Counted from the stretch's first letter, positions 1-12,815 are shown. The stretch is DNA of 64,000 nt from Octopus vulgaris (GCA_951406725.2 OX597836.1:14136001-14200000); one strand, 5' to 3'. The notes: a model not told the origin generated them from the letters alone. Program-made: numbers and translations.

Positions 1-273
1 TATATATATATATATATATATTATATATGCTGTTTTTATGACAAGTTATGTATAAAAAAAGTCCACATGAAACTGAAAAGTTACTCAGTACTTTTTCATA
101 GAATGCACACAATTTATTGATTTTCACAAGGATAAAGTTGACAGGGACTTCGAAGTTTCGACTTCCTGACCTTACAGTGCTTCTCTCTCTTTCTCTCTCT
201 CACACACACACAAACAAAACAAGTTTGAAATTATCAAGTACTTTTAATCATCTGAAATATTATACTCCATTTC

Positions 274-343
<70 letters not shown>

Positions 344-398
344 GAGAAAGGTGGATGTGAAAGCATGTGATTAATTGCCTGTATGGGAGTGTATGTCA

Positions 399-535
399 TT
401 AACCCTTTTAATACTAAACTGTCTGAGAACACCCCCTGCTTCCATGATGTAATTTTCCTGTTTTAAACTGATCTAAACGAAGACATTCTTCCATCAAAAG
501 TTCACAGCAATTCACGTTCCAAACACTAACTAGAA
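399..535 (+). mobile_element. piggyBac-like MITE 5' fragment
   Basis: Starts TTAACCCTTT; internal sequence similar to the copy at 31870-32134. Confidence 0.45.
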
Positions 536-662
536 CAAGGAAGGGCATCCAGCTGTAGAAACCATGCCAAAGCAGTTACTGGAGCATGGCGTAATTCTTG
601 GGCCAATCAAATCCTGGCAAAATTGTCCAACACATGCCAGCATGGAATGTGGGCATTAATTT

Positions 663-1052
663 GCTCTTTTACTTGTTTCAGTCATTTGACTGTGCCCGTG
701 CTGGAGCACCGCCTTTAGTTGAGCAAATCGACCCCAGGACTTATTCTTTGTGAGCATAGTACTTATTCTATCGGTCTCTTTTGCCGAACTGCTAAGTCAC
801 GGGGACGTAAACACACCACCATCGGTTGTCAAGCAATGTTGGGGAGACAAACATAGACACAAACACACACACACACACACATATATATACGATGGGCTTC
901 TTTCAGTTTCTGTCTACCAAATCCACTCACAAGGCTTTGGTTGGCCCGAGGCTATAGCAGAAGACACTTGCCCAAGGTGCCACGCAGTGGGAATGAACTT
1001 GGAACCATGCGGTTGGTAAGCAAGCTAATTACCACACAGCCACTCCTATGCC
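663..1052 (-). mobile_element. SINE family A (tRNA-derived head, CORE-like CCTTGGGCAAGT, internal TA/TG microsatellite), full length
   Basis: Minus strand reads GGCATAGGAGTGGCTGTGTGGTAA..GTTCATTCCC..CCTTGGGCAAGTGTCTTC..GACTGAAACAAGTAAAAGAG; many copies in the window. Confidence 0.85.
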
Positions 1053-1098
1053 TATTTTACTAAATTATTCATTACTTTCATGATTAATTAATAACAAA

Positions 1099-1675
1099 TG
1101 TGCAGGAGTGGCTGTGTGGTAAAAAGCTTGCTTCCCAACCACATGGTTCTGGGTTCAGTCACACTATGTAGCACTTTGGGTAAGTGTCTCTATGATAGCC
1201 AAAGGCGTGGATTTGGTAGATGGAAACTGAAAGAAGCCTGCCACGTGTGTGTGTCCCACCACCACTTGACGACTTGTGCTGTTGTGTTTACATCCCCATG
1301 ACATAGCAGTTCAGCAAAAGAGAACGATAGAATAAGTACCAGGATTTTAAAGAAATTAGCCTCGCCTGGCACCTGTGCCGGTGGCATGTAAAAAGCATCC
1401 ACTACACTCACGGAGTGGTTGACGTTAGGAAGGGCATCCAGCTGTAGAAACATTGCCAGATCAGGCTGGAGCCTGGTGCAGCCCCCTGGCTTCCCAGATC
1501 CCCGGTCGAACCGTCCAACCCATGCTAGCATGGAGAACGGACGTTAAACGATGATGATGATGATGATGAAACTAGAATAAAAGTACTAGGGTCGATTCAT
1601 TCGACTAAAAATTCAAGGTGGTGCCCCAGCATGGCCGCAGTCTAACGACTGAAAGAAGAGAAAGAATAGAAGAAA
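1099..1675 (+). mobile_element. SINE family A interrupted by a family B SINE
   Basis: Head at 1099, tail resumes at about 1570 after the insertion. Confidence 0.75.
1360..1568 (+). mobile_element. SINE family B ((GAT)n tail), 5'-truncated
   Basis: GGTTGACGTTAGGAAGGGCATCCAGCTGTAG..CCAACCCATGCTAGCATGG..GGACGTTAAACGATGATG. Confidence 0.8.
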
Positions 1676-2810
1676 GAATACAGTCAATGTATTTCTATAG
1701 AAATAGGGTAACAGAAAAAAGTTGAGAGAGTGCACGCGTGAGTACACATGAAGAGTTTTAACTACACCATTCAAGAAATCAAAATTTCTGATACACAAGC
1801 CTCTTCAAAACTATGTCAACTTGAATAATTAAAACAGTTTCAAGTATATCAGAGTGTGTTTGCCTCTGTCAGAGAATGTATGTGAATGCGTGTGTATATG
1901 TATGTTTGTAAGTGCGTGCATGTATGTATGTATGTATGTATGTATGGGAGTGTGTGCACACAAGAGTATCAATGAGTGTATCCTTCCTCCAAAATCATGG
2001 AAAGCCTTGACCATCCTTCATCCACTAATAGTATTATTAGTGCTATACATGCCACCAAAACACACACACATGCGCATGCCCACACACAATATAGAGAGCT
2101 GTTGCTCCATGTTAGATACTGTTAACCCTCATATATCAGCAACAAAAGCAGTGTCAACATATAAAGCATGATGGCCCATGATCATGGCCGTCAAGTACAG
2201 GCCAACAGGCCACGATCGTGGCCCAGAGAGATGCATTTAATTTATAGGCATTTGTTGGGGTCTGACGTCACTCAAACACTCCAATACCCACCAGAATGGC
2301 TTCTTCCCGACAGGCTTCTTCCAGTTTCCGTCTACCAAGTCCACTCACAAGGCTTTGGTCGGCCCGAGGCTATAGTAGAAGACACTTGCCCAAGGTGCCA
2401 TGCAGTGGGAATGGACCCAGAACCATGTGGTTGGTAAGCAAGCTACTTACCACACAGCCACTCCTGTGCCTATATTTCATTTGTTTACACTTGACATGTG
2501 CTGTCATGTACAAAATCACTAATAGTTCAACTAATGACTTTTCAGATGATATAAAACTTGCCACCATTATATACTAAGAATATATTTTAACTATTTTTTG
2601 TTTTTCATGTATGCATGGTAGTCTCATTTTCATAAAATGTACTCAGCAGTCCATGCTATGTAAGTGCAAATCCCAGCACTTTAAGGGTTAATACCAAAAA
2701 GCAATATTTATTCCCACTTAAAAAAATGGATGTTGTGTGAAAACACAGAATACTGAATTATTTACCACGACAGAACTTCTCATATGGGCTTTTGGTGCAA
2801 AATGTGCACT

Positions 2811-2960
2811 TGTTTACATCGCTAGTCGGGAGATAAATCATTGCCATCTCTATCACCAAGACCACCGGATCACATGATTTCAACCTACCTTGGTCTCATC
2901 GGTGATGGACGCTTGACTACTAGAGACAGCAGTGATTCGTCTCCCCACCAGCGATATACA
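2811..2960. repeat. Imperfect inverted repeat enclosing a hammerhead-like motif (probable Penelope-like terminus)
   Basis: About 40-50 bp arms (2811-2862 / 2891-2960); minus strand ATCA-CCGATGA-GACC..GGTT-GAAA..TGAT at 2869-2906. Confidence 0.55.
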
Positions 2961-4098
2961 GAAAAACAGTGCCAGAACAGGTGCTGGTGTTGCAATTAGC
3001 CAGTGAGCTTCTTAAAAATATATATATTAGCCCCTGAGGTGGCATTAATATTGAGCGGTAATATTTACCCCCACTTAAATGCAGATGTTCTGTTAGAACA
3101 GACTATACTGTGGTGGTTACCATGAGAGATGTGCTGTTAGAACAAACAGTATATACTATGAGAGACACTCAAAAAATATATATATATTGTTAACAGTGGC
3201 AGTATCAATACCGAGAAGTAATATCTAACTCGTACATACAAACCAGTTTTACAGTATTTGATAGCATAAAAGACATTTTTTTTTGACAAAGAAAACAATG
3301 TCCAACGCCCCCCAACACCACCACCACCACCACCACCACCACCACTCCACTCACCCAGATCCTATATGCAATTCGAGCCTTCTATACTTCTATAGATAAG
3401 CTAATAATTACAATGCATTGATATGTTAAAAAACATTTTTTTTCCAGAATATGAGCTACTGAAATTGGGGGTGTGTCTAATGTGTCAGTGTCTTTCTTAC
3501 ACCATTAAACATGGTAATTATTCATGGTTTTTACACTGTTGAATATTTCCCAGGGTTTGTTAGTCAGGTGGTCAGTCTTTCAGCTGGTCAGATTCCCTGC
3601 TGTTTGCCAGTGCTCTGTGATTTCCACATAAGATGATAATCACCACTCCTACTCCCTCACACTTCTTCATCCTCCTCTTCCTCTTCCTCCAACAGCAACA
3701 ACAACATTTGTAGATAAAAAAAAAATGCTCTTTCACTCAAATGTTAAATATTTTCCTCTGTTGCTCTATCTTTGGCCCCACCTCACTCCATTTACTAATT
3801 AGGTCAACACCATAACCACTACCATCATCATCATCATCATCAGGATAATGAACCAATAACAATGCCGACCAGGAAGTTAGAATTTGGGAAGGAGTAGGAG
3901 TAATAGTAAAATACAAAGCGATAATTAAGTAACAGAAACTACAGGCATGGCTAGGTGCAGGCATCGCTGCATGGTTAAGAAGTTTGCTTCCCAACCACAT
4001 TGTTTTGGGTTCAATTCAACTGCATGGCACCTTGGACAAGTCTCTTCTGCAATAGCCCCTGGTGACCAAGCCTTGTGAATCTGGTTGACAGAAACTGA

Positions 4099-4519
4099 AA
4101 GGTGGCGAGCTGGCAGAAACGTTAGCACGCAGGGCGAAAACCTTAACGGTATTTCGTCTGCTGTTACGTTCTGAGTTCAAATTCCGCTGAGGTTGACTTT
4201 GCCTTTCATCCTTTCGGGGTCGATAAATTAAGTACCAGTTACGCACTGGGGTCAATGTAATCGACTTAATCTGTTTGTCTGTCCTTGTTTGTCCTCTCTG
4301 TGTTTAGTCCCTTGTGGGTAGTAAAGAAATAGGTATTTCGTCTGCCGTTACGTTCTGAGTTCAAATTCTGCCGAGGTCGACTTTATCTTTCATACTTTCG
4401 GGATCAATAAATTAAGTACTAATTATGCACTGGGGGTCGATGTAATCGACTTAATCCGTTTGTCTGTCCTTGTTTGTCCCCTCTATGTTTAGCCCCTTGT
4501 GGGCAATAAAGAAATAAGA
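4099..4519 (+). mobile_element. SINE family C tandem dimer inserted in a family A copy
   Basis: AAGGTGGCGAGCTGGCAGAAACG head; GCCTTTCATCCTTTCGGGGTCGATAAA body present twice (second copy diverged); flanking duplication AGAAACTGAAAG. Confidence 0.8.
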
Positions 4520-4867
4520 AACTGAAAGAAGCCCATCGCGTGTGTGTGTGTGCATATATACATGTGCACGTACACACACATACACATATACTCACACAAA
4601 CATAAGTCTTCTGCACAGTTTCCATCTACCAAATTAAATTCACACAGCATTGGTCAGCCTGAGGCTTGGCTAACATTTGCCCAAGGTGCTATACAGTGGG
4701 ACAGAACCCAAAACCACAGTGTTGCAAAATGAGATTCTCAACCACACAGCCATACCTCTCTCTCTCATTCTGTATAAACACTGAATGTTAAACCATTTTA
4801 ATCTCTCTTCATCACCAGGTGCATTATATAACATGGTGATGCACAGTTCTACAAGATGGAGATTGAA

Positions 4868-5464
4868 CTTTTACTCTTTTACTTGTTTCAGTCATTTGAC
4901 TGCGGCCATGCTGGAGCTTCGCCTTTAGTCAAGCAAATCGACCCCAGGACTTATTCTTTGGAAGTCTAGTACTTATTCTATCGGTCTCTTTTGCCGAACC
5001 GCTAAGTTACTGGAACGTAAACACACCAGAATCAGTTGTCAAGTGATGTTGGGGGGGAAGGGGCAAACAGAGACACACAAACACACATATATACACATAT
5101 ATATATATATAAAGTTAATCCAAACAAGAAAGCACAAAAAACACAACAACGCGAGGACGTGGAACAAATATAGTATTATTGGACGCTCAGGAAAGAAGGA
5201 GGGTTTAACGTTTCGAGCGGAGCTCTTCATCGGAAACATAGGAGAAGGAAAGATCCAGAGAAGGGAAGACAGAGGAAAAAATTCGCCAACAGTACACACG
5301 CGGTCACATTTTGAATATATATATATATATGACGTGCTTCTTTTTCAGTTTCCGTCTACCAAATCCACCCACAAGGCTTTGGTCGGCCCAAGGCTATAGG
5401 TAGAAGATACTTGTCCAAGGTGCCACGCAGTGGGACTGAACCTGGAACCATGTGGTTGGTAAGC
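4868..5464 (-). mobile_element. SINE family A carrying a Penelope-like insertion in its internal (TA)n tract
   Basis: Family A tail 4868-5090 and head 5330-5464 are separated by foreign sequence. Confidence 0.8.
5111..5315 (-). mobile_element. Penelope-like terminal fragment with minimal hammerhead-like motif
   Basis: Minus 5237-5203: GTTT-CCGATGA-A-GAGC tcc GCTC-GAAA-CG-TT-AAAC; (TA)n on both sides; near-identical copy at 40058-40247. Confidence 0.65.
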
Positions 5465-7029
5465 CTATAAACTAGTACCCATCTCTTTCAAACAACGTCC
5501 CAATGCTCATATTCCTGTCAGATCCACCGACCGACCGACCGACCGACTGAATGCATGACATATAAGATAAACTGTATTGCAAGAACACTCGCAAATCGAG
5601 AATCCCAGCTGGAGCACTCATTTATAAACATAGCAAATACGACATTCTGATAAAGGAGCAACCTAATTAATAGATACACAGTATAATCAGCGACAACAAA
5701 GCTGAAGAGGTTACCAGCCTATAAAAAAATTGGCTATTCTGTCATTAATAATAATAGCTGATACGCAAAAAACGAAAGAAAGAATGAACTATTGTAACAT
5801 ACATCAGGTCAATTGGCACTGATAGTAAACGGAATGTCAAAGTCCTGTGTAGTCTATCATGGTCTGATGTTAGTTTTATTATATTTTTCCTTTCCTCTCA
5901 GAGAGACATCATAGAGTAATTTTGGCAAATGTTTCTCTGTAGAAAAATATTCTAAATTATAGCAAGTTTATATATGTTGTGTTATTGTTGTCTTCCAGTA
6001 TGTTTTTTTTTGTTTTAGAAGCTGTATCCAATAGACGTGACACAATCTGGAAGCTTCTACATTGGGTCAACAACTGGTAGGCTTGTTGCCTACAAGTGTG
6101 CCGATGCTGTATTCTCTGTCGACTTTGGAGCTTTCCTAAAAAATACTTATAATGTTATGGCTGTTCATCATCATCATCGTTTTAAATCTGACTGCTATGC
6201 TGGCATGTGTGGGATGGTTTGAACAGGATCCAGTAGGCCACACGGAAGCATCAGGTTCCATGTCGTCAGTAATGGCATAGTTCCTATAGCTGGATGCCCT
6301 TCAAACACCAACCACTTTACAGTGTGTGTTGGGTTCTTTTTTCGTGACACCAGCACTAGAGGGGTTGCCAAGTAACATGCAGGACAGGAAAGAACAAAGA
6401 GAGGAAGGCCCTCACAACAAAGTATGTGCATGGGGGAAAGTTATTTGACAGAGTGGTTTGGAATATATACAAACATACACACACACACACACATCTGTCT
6501 ATATCCTTGACTCTCCACTACTTGACAACCACAACCAGTTTTGCTATTTACGTCCCTGTAACTTAGCAGTTCAGCAAAAGACACCGATATAGTAAGTTCC
6601 AAACTTCAAAAAGAAGAAAAGAAAAAAAAGGACTGAGGTTGATTTGTCCAACTAAATCCTTTTGAGGCAGTCCTTCAGCATGGCCACAGCAGAATGACGG
6701 AAACAAGTAAAAGAAGACAGGGAGGGGGTGGGGGAGAGAGGGTGGACAGTAGAGGAGCCTTTCAGTGGTAGCTCAACCTGCAAGAAATAGCAACCAAATT
6801 TCTCCTCATATCATGTTTTACAATCATTGCAGTCTTTGTAAAACTTGGCACACTGGGTTGTATAGTCTTAGATGCACTATGTCTAGACTCTGTCTGTGAT
6901 CAGAGGTCTGCATGGTCATGACTAACTCAGAGTTAAACAACGATTAAACATACCCCATTCCAAAAAATAAAATGAGAAATTTAGTGTGTTACAGGCAGGG
7001 TATGACCACAGTCCAGAAAGAGTCACTAT

Positions 7030-7362
7030 ATATAGACCCTTTTCGGTCTCGAATGACAAAAGGGATACATCTAAAAAGGTACCCTCCGAGGCACAGTTCT
7101 GGGCAAGGTTGTTTATGGGAGACTATCAGACGCACACACATACCATCCTCCCTTCTTCATACCACCAATGTCATCCAAGGGAAAGGCAAAGGGGCCGATA
7201 CAGCTTGGCACCAGTGATGTCGCAACTCATTTCTACAGCTGAGTTAACTGGAGCATCGTGAAATAGAGGGTCTTGCTCAAGAATGCAACACACAGCCCGG
7301 TCCAGGAATTGAACTCACTACCTCATGGTTGGGAGCCTGATGCTCTAACCACTGAGCCATGC
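7030..7362 (-). mobile_element. SINE family E (GCATGGCTCAGTGGTTAGAG head)
   Basis: A/B-box-like head, TGTGTTCTTGAGCAAGAC-type core; homologous to 20965, 23218 and 58017. Confidence 0.75.
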
Positions 7363-8476
7363 AATGATACAGCAATTAACATCATTTTAATTTCCACTTT
7401 TTCATGCATCACTGGGTCAGATGGAATTTATTGAGATCAGATGCCTTTCCAGTTGCCAACCTTCAACTGTTTTCCCACAGCCTGACATGTTTTTCACAAA
7501 AGACTAGAAACAATCAACATTGTATGAAGTTTAGCTATAATCATCACATAATGTTAAGACAAGGGTACACACACACACACACACACGCATGCACACACAC
7601 ACAGGCTTCTTTTAATTTCCATCTACCAAAACCATTCATAAGGCTTTGGTCAGTCCAGATCTAAAGTAGTAGACATTTGCTCAAAGTGCCACATAGTGGG
7701 ACCGAACCCAAGACCACAATGTTGGGAAGCAAGCTTTTTAACCACACACCCACACCCACACATAAAAGATTAAAAAAAAACAACATAAAGATAACTATAG
7801 ATGCAGGCATGGCTGTGTGGTAAGAAGCTTGCTTCCCAACCACAAGGTCCCAGGTTCAGTTCCACTGCATAGCACCTTGGGCCGACCAAAGCCTTGTGAG
7901 TGGATTTGGTAGGCAGACACCGAAAGAAGCTTGTCATATTTATATATACACACAACACCCAGTGTCAGTGTGACCCAGAAACTAGGTGATTCAGCTAAAA
8001 GAGACCAACAGAATAAGTACAAGGCTTAGAATAAAAATAAGGAGTGGGGTTGATTTGTTCAACTAAAAATTCTCGAAGGTGGTGCCCCAGCATGACCACA
8101 GTCTGATGACTGAAACCAGTAAAATATTAAAGATTAGAAAAACAGATCTCTACAAGTTAAGGTATAGAGAGTCAGCTACGTGTAGGTAGTAGGAATGACT
8201 ATGGCTGTGATTGTTTGGTGTAAAGAGTTAAGAGTGTAACAATTGCCAGCTACTTACGGCTCAACAATGAATTTGTAAGACATGCACCTTACCACCCACC
8301 GAGATAAACAGAGCATATCACAAAGTTTGCTGAATGATAAGTCAATATTTGATATGAAGGCAGTAATTCAGCTGGAAACTATCTCATATGAAATGAGAGG
8401 GAAAATGGGACACAGACACGAGGTAAATAACAACAAAGGTTTTCCTAGAAGACAGGGACAGGGCGTGGACCAATGA

Positions 8477-8786
8477 TTCTCAACTGGGGTGCATATAGCC
8501 CATAATGGTCCATATAAGATTTTCTTGTTAAAATCTGGTTGTCCTTCTACAATACTCGAAATATTTTAATTTGTTTTATAAAATTCCTAATTAATTAATT
8601 ATAAAAATATCTTTTTTTACTTTTTACTTGTTTCTCAACTGGGGTGCATATGGCCCATAATGGTCCATATAAGATTTTCTTGTTAAAATTTGGTTGTCCT
8701 TCTACAATACTCGAAATATTTTAATTTGTTTTATAAAATTCCGAATTAATTAATTATAAAAATACCTTTTTTTACTTTTTACTTGT
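8477..8786 (+). repeat. 155-bp direct tandem duplication
   Basis: Units 8477-8631 and 8632-8786 differ at only a few bases. Confidence 0.9.
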
Positions 8787-9369
8787 TTCAGTCATTTAAC
8801 TACAGTCATGCTGGGGCACCACTTTGAAGGATTTTATTGACCCCAGGACTTGTGCTTCCACATATTTATGCAACCACTATTAATAAAAAAAGTGATAATA
8901 GACACAGACATGGCTGTGTAATTAAAAAGCTTGTTTTTAAAAATGTGAACTCAGGTTCAATTCCACTGTCCAGTACTTTGTGCAAGTGTTATCAACTGTG
9001 GCCTTGGATGACCAAAGCCTTGCGAGTGGGCTTTACAGGCAGAAACTAAAAAACTGGAAAAAAAAAAACCTGCCACACATACATGTACACGTGTGTACGC
9101 ATGTGTACCCTTATCTTGACATTACATGAGGGTTGTAAATGAGCGTTAATCATCTTATAAGTACTGTTGTTCGTTTCCAGTCTTCTGTGAAAAACATTTT
9201 CTGGTTATGGGGAAATATCACTTTGTTTGGAAACAGACGAGAGTTTGTGACAGGAAGTGCATCTGGCTATAGAAAAATCCACCTCAACAAATTCCATTTT
9301 ACCCTTGCAAACATGGAAAAGGGAGAAATTAAAATGACAATGATGATGACCGACTGAATATAGGCCTAA

Positions 9370-11057
9370 TAAGAACTGGATGGAAAAAGTTCAAGAAGCC
9401 CCTGTAATCTCAGGTGGCCAGAAAGGGGCTCTCTTTCCAAGAGAAAGGCAGATTGCACATGGTTTGGGTATGAAGTGTGGTGTTACATGGTAGTGAAACA
9501 TGGGCACTGGATGAGAATGACCTGCAAAGTTTGGAAAAAAAATTCTGCAGGATTTGTAATATTCAATCTTTTAAAATTTGAATTACTCTATCAAATATAA
9601 TCCTCCTTTATCCACAGTGTTTTGAATTAATCATGCATTACCCCATAGCTTGAGATTTGGATGGTGTGGTTACATGCTTTTAGAATGACATTGTGGGGTA
9701 GGTGTGAGAGGCTGGATCTGGTCAGTTTGAACACAAAGCAGGTGGGGTATTTAGACCGGATATGGCCAGCTTAAATGCTAAATGGTCAGCCCTTTTGTTA
9801 CCATATTTCTGTTGAGATGTTCTGTGTTTCTTTCGATTCATTTTAAATATAACAAAGAATTTAGTAAAATAACTTAGTTATCATTAAGCTTAGTGTTAGG
9901 AACATAAATTGTGACTGAGGTTTGGTGGAAGATTTTAATTCAGAACTTTTGAAAACGAGACATTTTGTACTACAGAGCTAGAGGCAGTTTCAGCCGGGTG
10001 TCAAAAGAGTTAATGTGCATTAATGACAGCAGAAATGAGTTAAGCAGGAAACTGGACAGAAAAGAAATCAGATGTAAAGTAAAAGAGAGAAAACTGCACT
10101 AATACAGATAGGTGGGTGCAAGACATTCCAGCACAGCCATTTCAGCACAGCCGTTTCGGCACTGCCTCTTAGCTATTGCTGAGTTGATGATGACTTATTT
10201 GACACCAGACGTTTCAATGTTTCATTTTTCTCACTCTCTCTGTTTCTGTGTGTCGATATATTTCTCTTTATGTGTACGAAAAGGGAAAATATGTCAACAA
10301 TGTTAAATTAATAAATTGGAATGTCTCTCTCTCACTTGCCCTCCCTCTGTCTCTGTGTGAGGGACTAATTGTGCTTGCATGTATAATGTGTATATGAGCG
10401 TCTCTCTCCTCCTCTCTCAGTCTATGTGTAGAAGTAGCTGGAAAGTATTTGTGTCAACCATGTCCTATTTAAAAAATTGTAATCACTCTTTCTCTCTCTT
10501 TCCTCTGTTTGTGTGTGTGTAAGAACCTAGTTATGTTTCTATGTGTAATGTGACTCCCTCCTCCTCCTCCTCTTCACTCTCTCTCTCTCTCTCTGTATGA
10601 GGAGTGGAAAAGCGTTTATATCAATCAGGTTCAGTTAATAAATTGTAATGTCACGCTCGCTTGCTCTTTCTGTCTGTATGTCTGTCTATATTTCTGCGTG
10701 TGCGTGAATGTGTGGGTGTGGGTCATTTGCCTCCAGTTCCAAGAAGTACCATCACCAAAACAGGCTGAAAGTCCAGTGAGCCATGTGAAACCATCAGCAT
10801 CCATACTGCTGTACCAATTATCATATTCTGCAGACAGGTGACCCCTGTGAAAGGTTGACAAGTTAGGGGGAAGAAATACTGAACAACATAAATGAGAAGA
10901 ACCTGTGGAAAAGGAAGACTGGAAGATAATATGATGGCTGATCTCAAGAAGGGTTAAACCCTACAAATGAGATGATAAAGGACTGCAACAAATGAGGAGA
11001 TGCTATGATAGAGAACACCTGTCCAGACTATGCAAGAGTGGACAATTAACATGATGT
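9370..11057 (+). pseudogene. Decayed RTE-clade LINE 3' portion split by insertions
   Basis: 9370-9560 translates RTGWKKFK..KGRLH..VLHGSETWAL; it appears to continue at about 10014-10110 (KERKLH) and about 10850-11057. Confidence 0.6.
9786..10013 (-). mobile_element. piggyBac-like MITE
   Basis: CCCTTTT...AAAAGAG|TTAA ends; reverse homolog of 31870-32134. Confidence 0.55.
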
Positions 11058-11077
11058 TTCATACACATATATATATA

Positions 11078-11468
11078 GGCATAGGAGTGGCTGTGTGGTA
11101 AGTAGCTTGCTAACCAGCCACATGGTTCCGGGTTCAGTTCCACTGCATGGCAGCTTGGGCAAGTGTCTTCTACTATAGCCTTGGGCTGACCAAAGCCTTG
11201 TGAGTGGATTTGGTAGACAGAAACTGAAAGAGGCCTGTCGTATATATGTATATATATTTATGTGTGTGTGTGTATATGTTTGTATGCCCCCCCCCCCAAC
11301 ATTGCTTGACAACCGATACCGGTGTGTTTACGTCCCTGTAACTTAGCAGTTCAGCAAAAGAGACCGATAGAATAAGTACTAGGCTTACAAAGAATAAGTC
11401 CTGGGGTCGATTTGCTCAATTAAAGGCGGTGCTCCAGCATGGCCACAGTCAAATGACCGAAACAAGAG
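11078..11468 (+). mobile_element. SINE family A, full length
   Basis: Complete head to tail, flanked by (TA)n. Confidence 0.85.
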
Positions 11469-11803
11469 TATATATATATATATATATTTAATCATCATCA
11501 TTTAACGTCCGTTCTCCATGCTTGTATATGTGTGTATGTAAATATATATATATACACATACACACATATATATATACATGTGTGTGCGCACACACAATAT
11601 ATGTACACACACAAACAAAATATATATAGGTGGTCAGGGTAAATCCCAGCTGTTTCTTCTTGAAGCACATCTGCTAATTCCATTTGATAATTAATATGTT
11701 GTTGTAAGTAAATCAAAACATAGAAAAATTGAGAATTATGGAAATATTATATATATAATGTGTAAATCTTTGCAATTCTTATTAGCAAATGGAATACATG
11801 TAA

Positions 11804-12203
11804 TCTCTCTATATATAAACGGCAGTTTGTCTGTCTGTGTGTCTGTCAGGTTGTACCCTCACCCTGACCACGGCTTTCAACCGATTCTGATGAAACTTGA
11901 CACACACATAGCCCAATGTCATAATTCAAAACTAACGCAGCGAAAATTTTGAAAGGTTCCCCCAGTTCTGAAAAAAATCGATAAATTCGACATGGGGTCG
12001 AGAATCTAAGCTTTTTATATGCAACAACATTTTCTGTCGGGAGACAGCTAGGAACATCGTATACATAGAAGTATTCGAGAGAAGAGAAGACATTGCAACC
12101 TACACATGCGCCTTCGTTCCCCAGAGGGAAAAAACTAGATTGGGATTAGTCGCTGCCTACTAGGGGTCTTACATAACCGGGCAACGCCGGGCTATGCTGC
12201 TAG
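11804..12203 (+). mobile_element. Non-autonomous Helitron
   Basis: A|TCTCTCTATATATAAA 5' end, subterminal CCGGGCAACGCCGGG hairpin, CTAG|T 3' end, no TSD. Confidence 0.8.
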
Positions 12204-12261
12204 TGGAGAATAAATAATAATACCAAAAAATTCCTATTTTCCTGTTTTGTAATATATATAT

Positions 12262-12420
12262 AGTCAAATAGAATGAATGACCATCAGAAATAATAACAAA
12301 CAATAAGAGGATGTGTACATGGAATGTATTAGTTTGAGCTCGGTAAGAAGAGAGAGTTTCTGATGTTTCGAGCATAGCTCTTCATCGGAAAGTTCAAAGT
12401 AGGAAAAATAATCAACAGTC
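12262..12420 (-). mobile_element. Penelope-like terminal fragment with hammerhead-like motif
   Basis: Minus TTT-CCGATGA-A-GAGC tat GCTC-GAAA-CA-TC at about 12358-12392; ends in (TA)n. Confidence 0.55.
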
Positions 12421-12480
12421 CATACATGTGCGTGTGAGTGTGAGTAGGCAGTGCCCCAGCATGGCCTCAATCTATGCACA

Positions 12481-12815
12481 CTAGGTCAGGTCAGGGGATC
12501 TCATCACAGGCTGATGAAACCTGCTACTGGTACCAGTTAAACCAGTACTACCTGTTCCATGGTTGAGTGGTTGGCAACTAAACCAGTTCCCCCACTTGAG
12601 AGGAATGTGTCTGGACAGACAACCACGACTGAAAGGACCTGTTGAAAGACGGATGGACTTCTTGTGGATCAATAATGGCCATCCTGTCAGGGATGGCAAT
12701 GGGAAACCATCCCAATATTTCTGGCAAGGAAACACGATGAGAAAGTCAGAATGAAGTGATGCTTCATCATGAAGACTCTTGTTGTGTCATCAACATAACA
12801 AAGCATATGATACAT
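12481..12815 (+). mobile_element. RTE-related repeat remnant (5'UTR/SINE-like)
   Basis: GGCAATGGGAAACCATCCCAATATTTCTGGCAAGGAAA resembles the RTE/BovB GGCAATGGCAACCCACTCCAGTATTCTTGCC motif. Confidence 0.4.

Noticed and set aside
750-1019. Recurrent ORF 'SVSVYQIHSQGFGRPEAIVEDTCPRCHAVG' seen many times
   Set aside because: Antisense translation of SINE A, not a gene family
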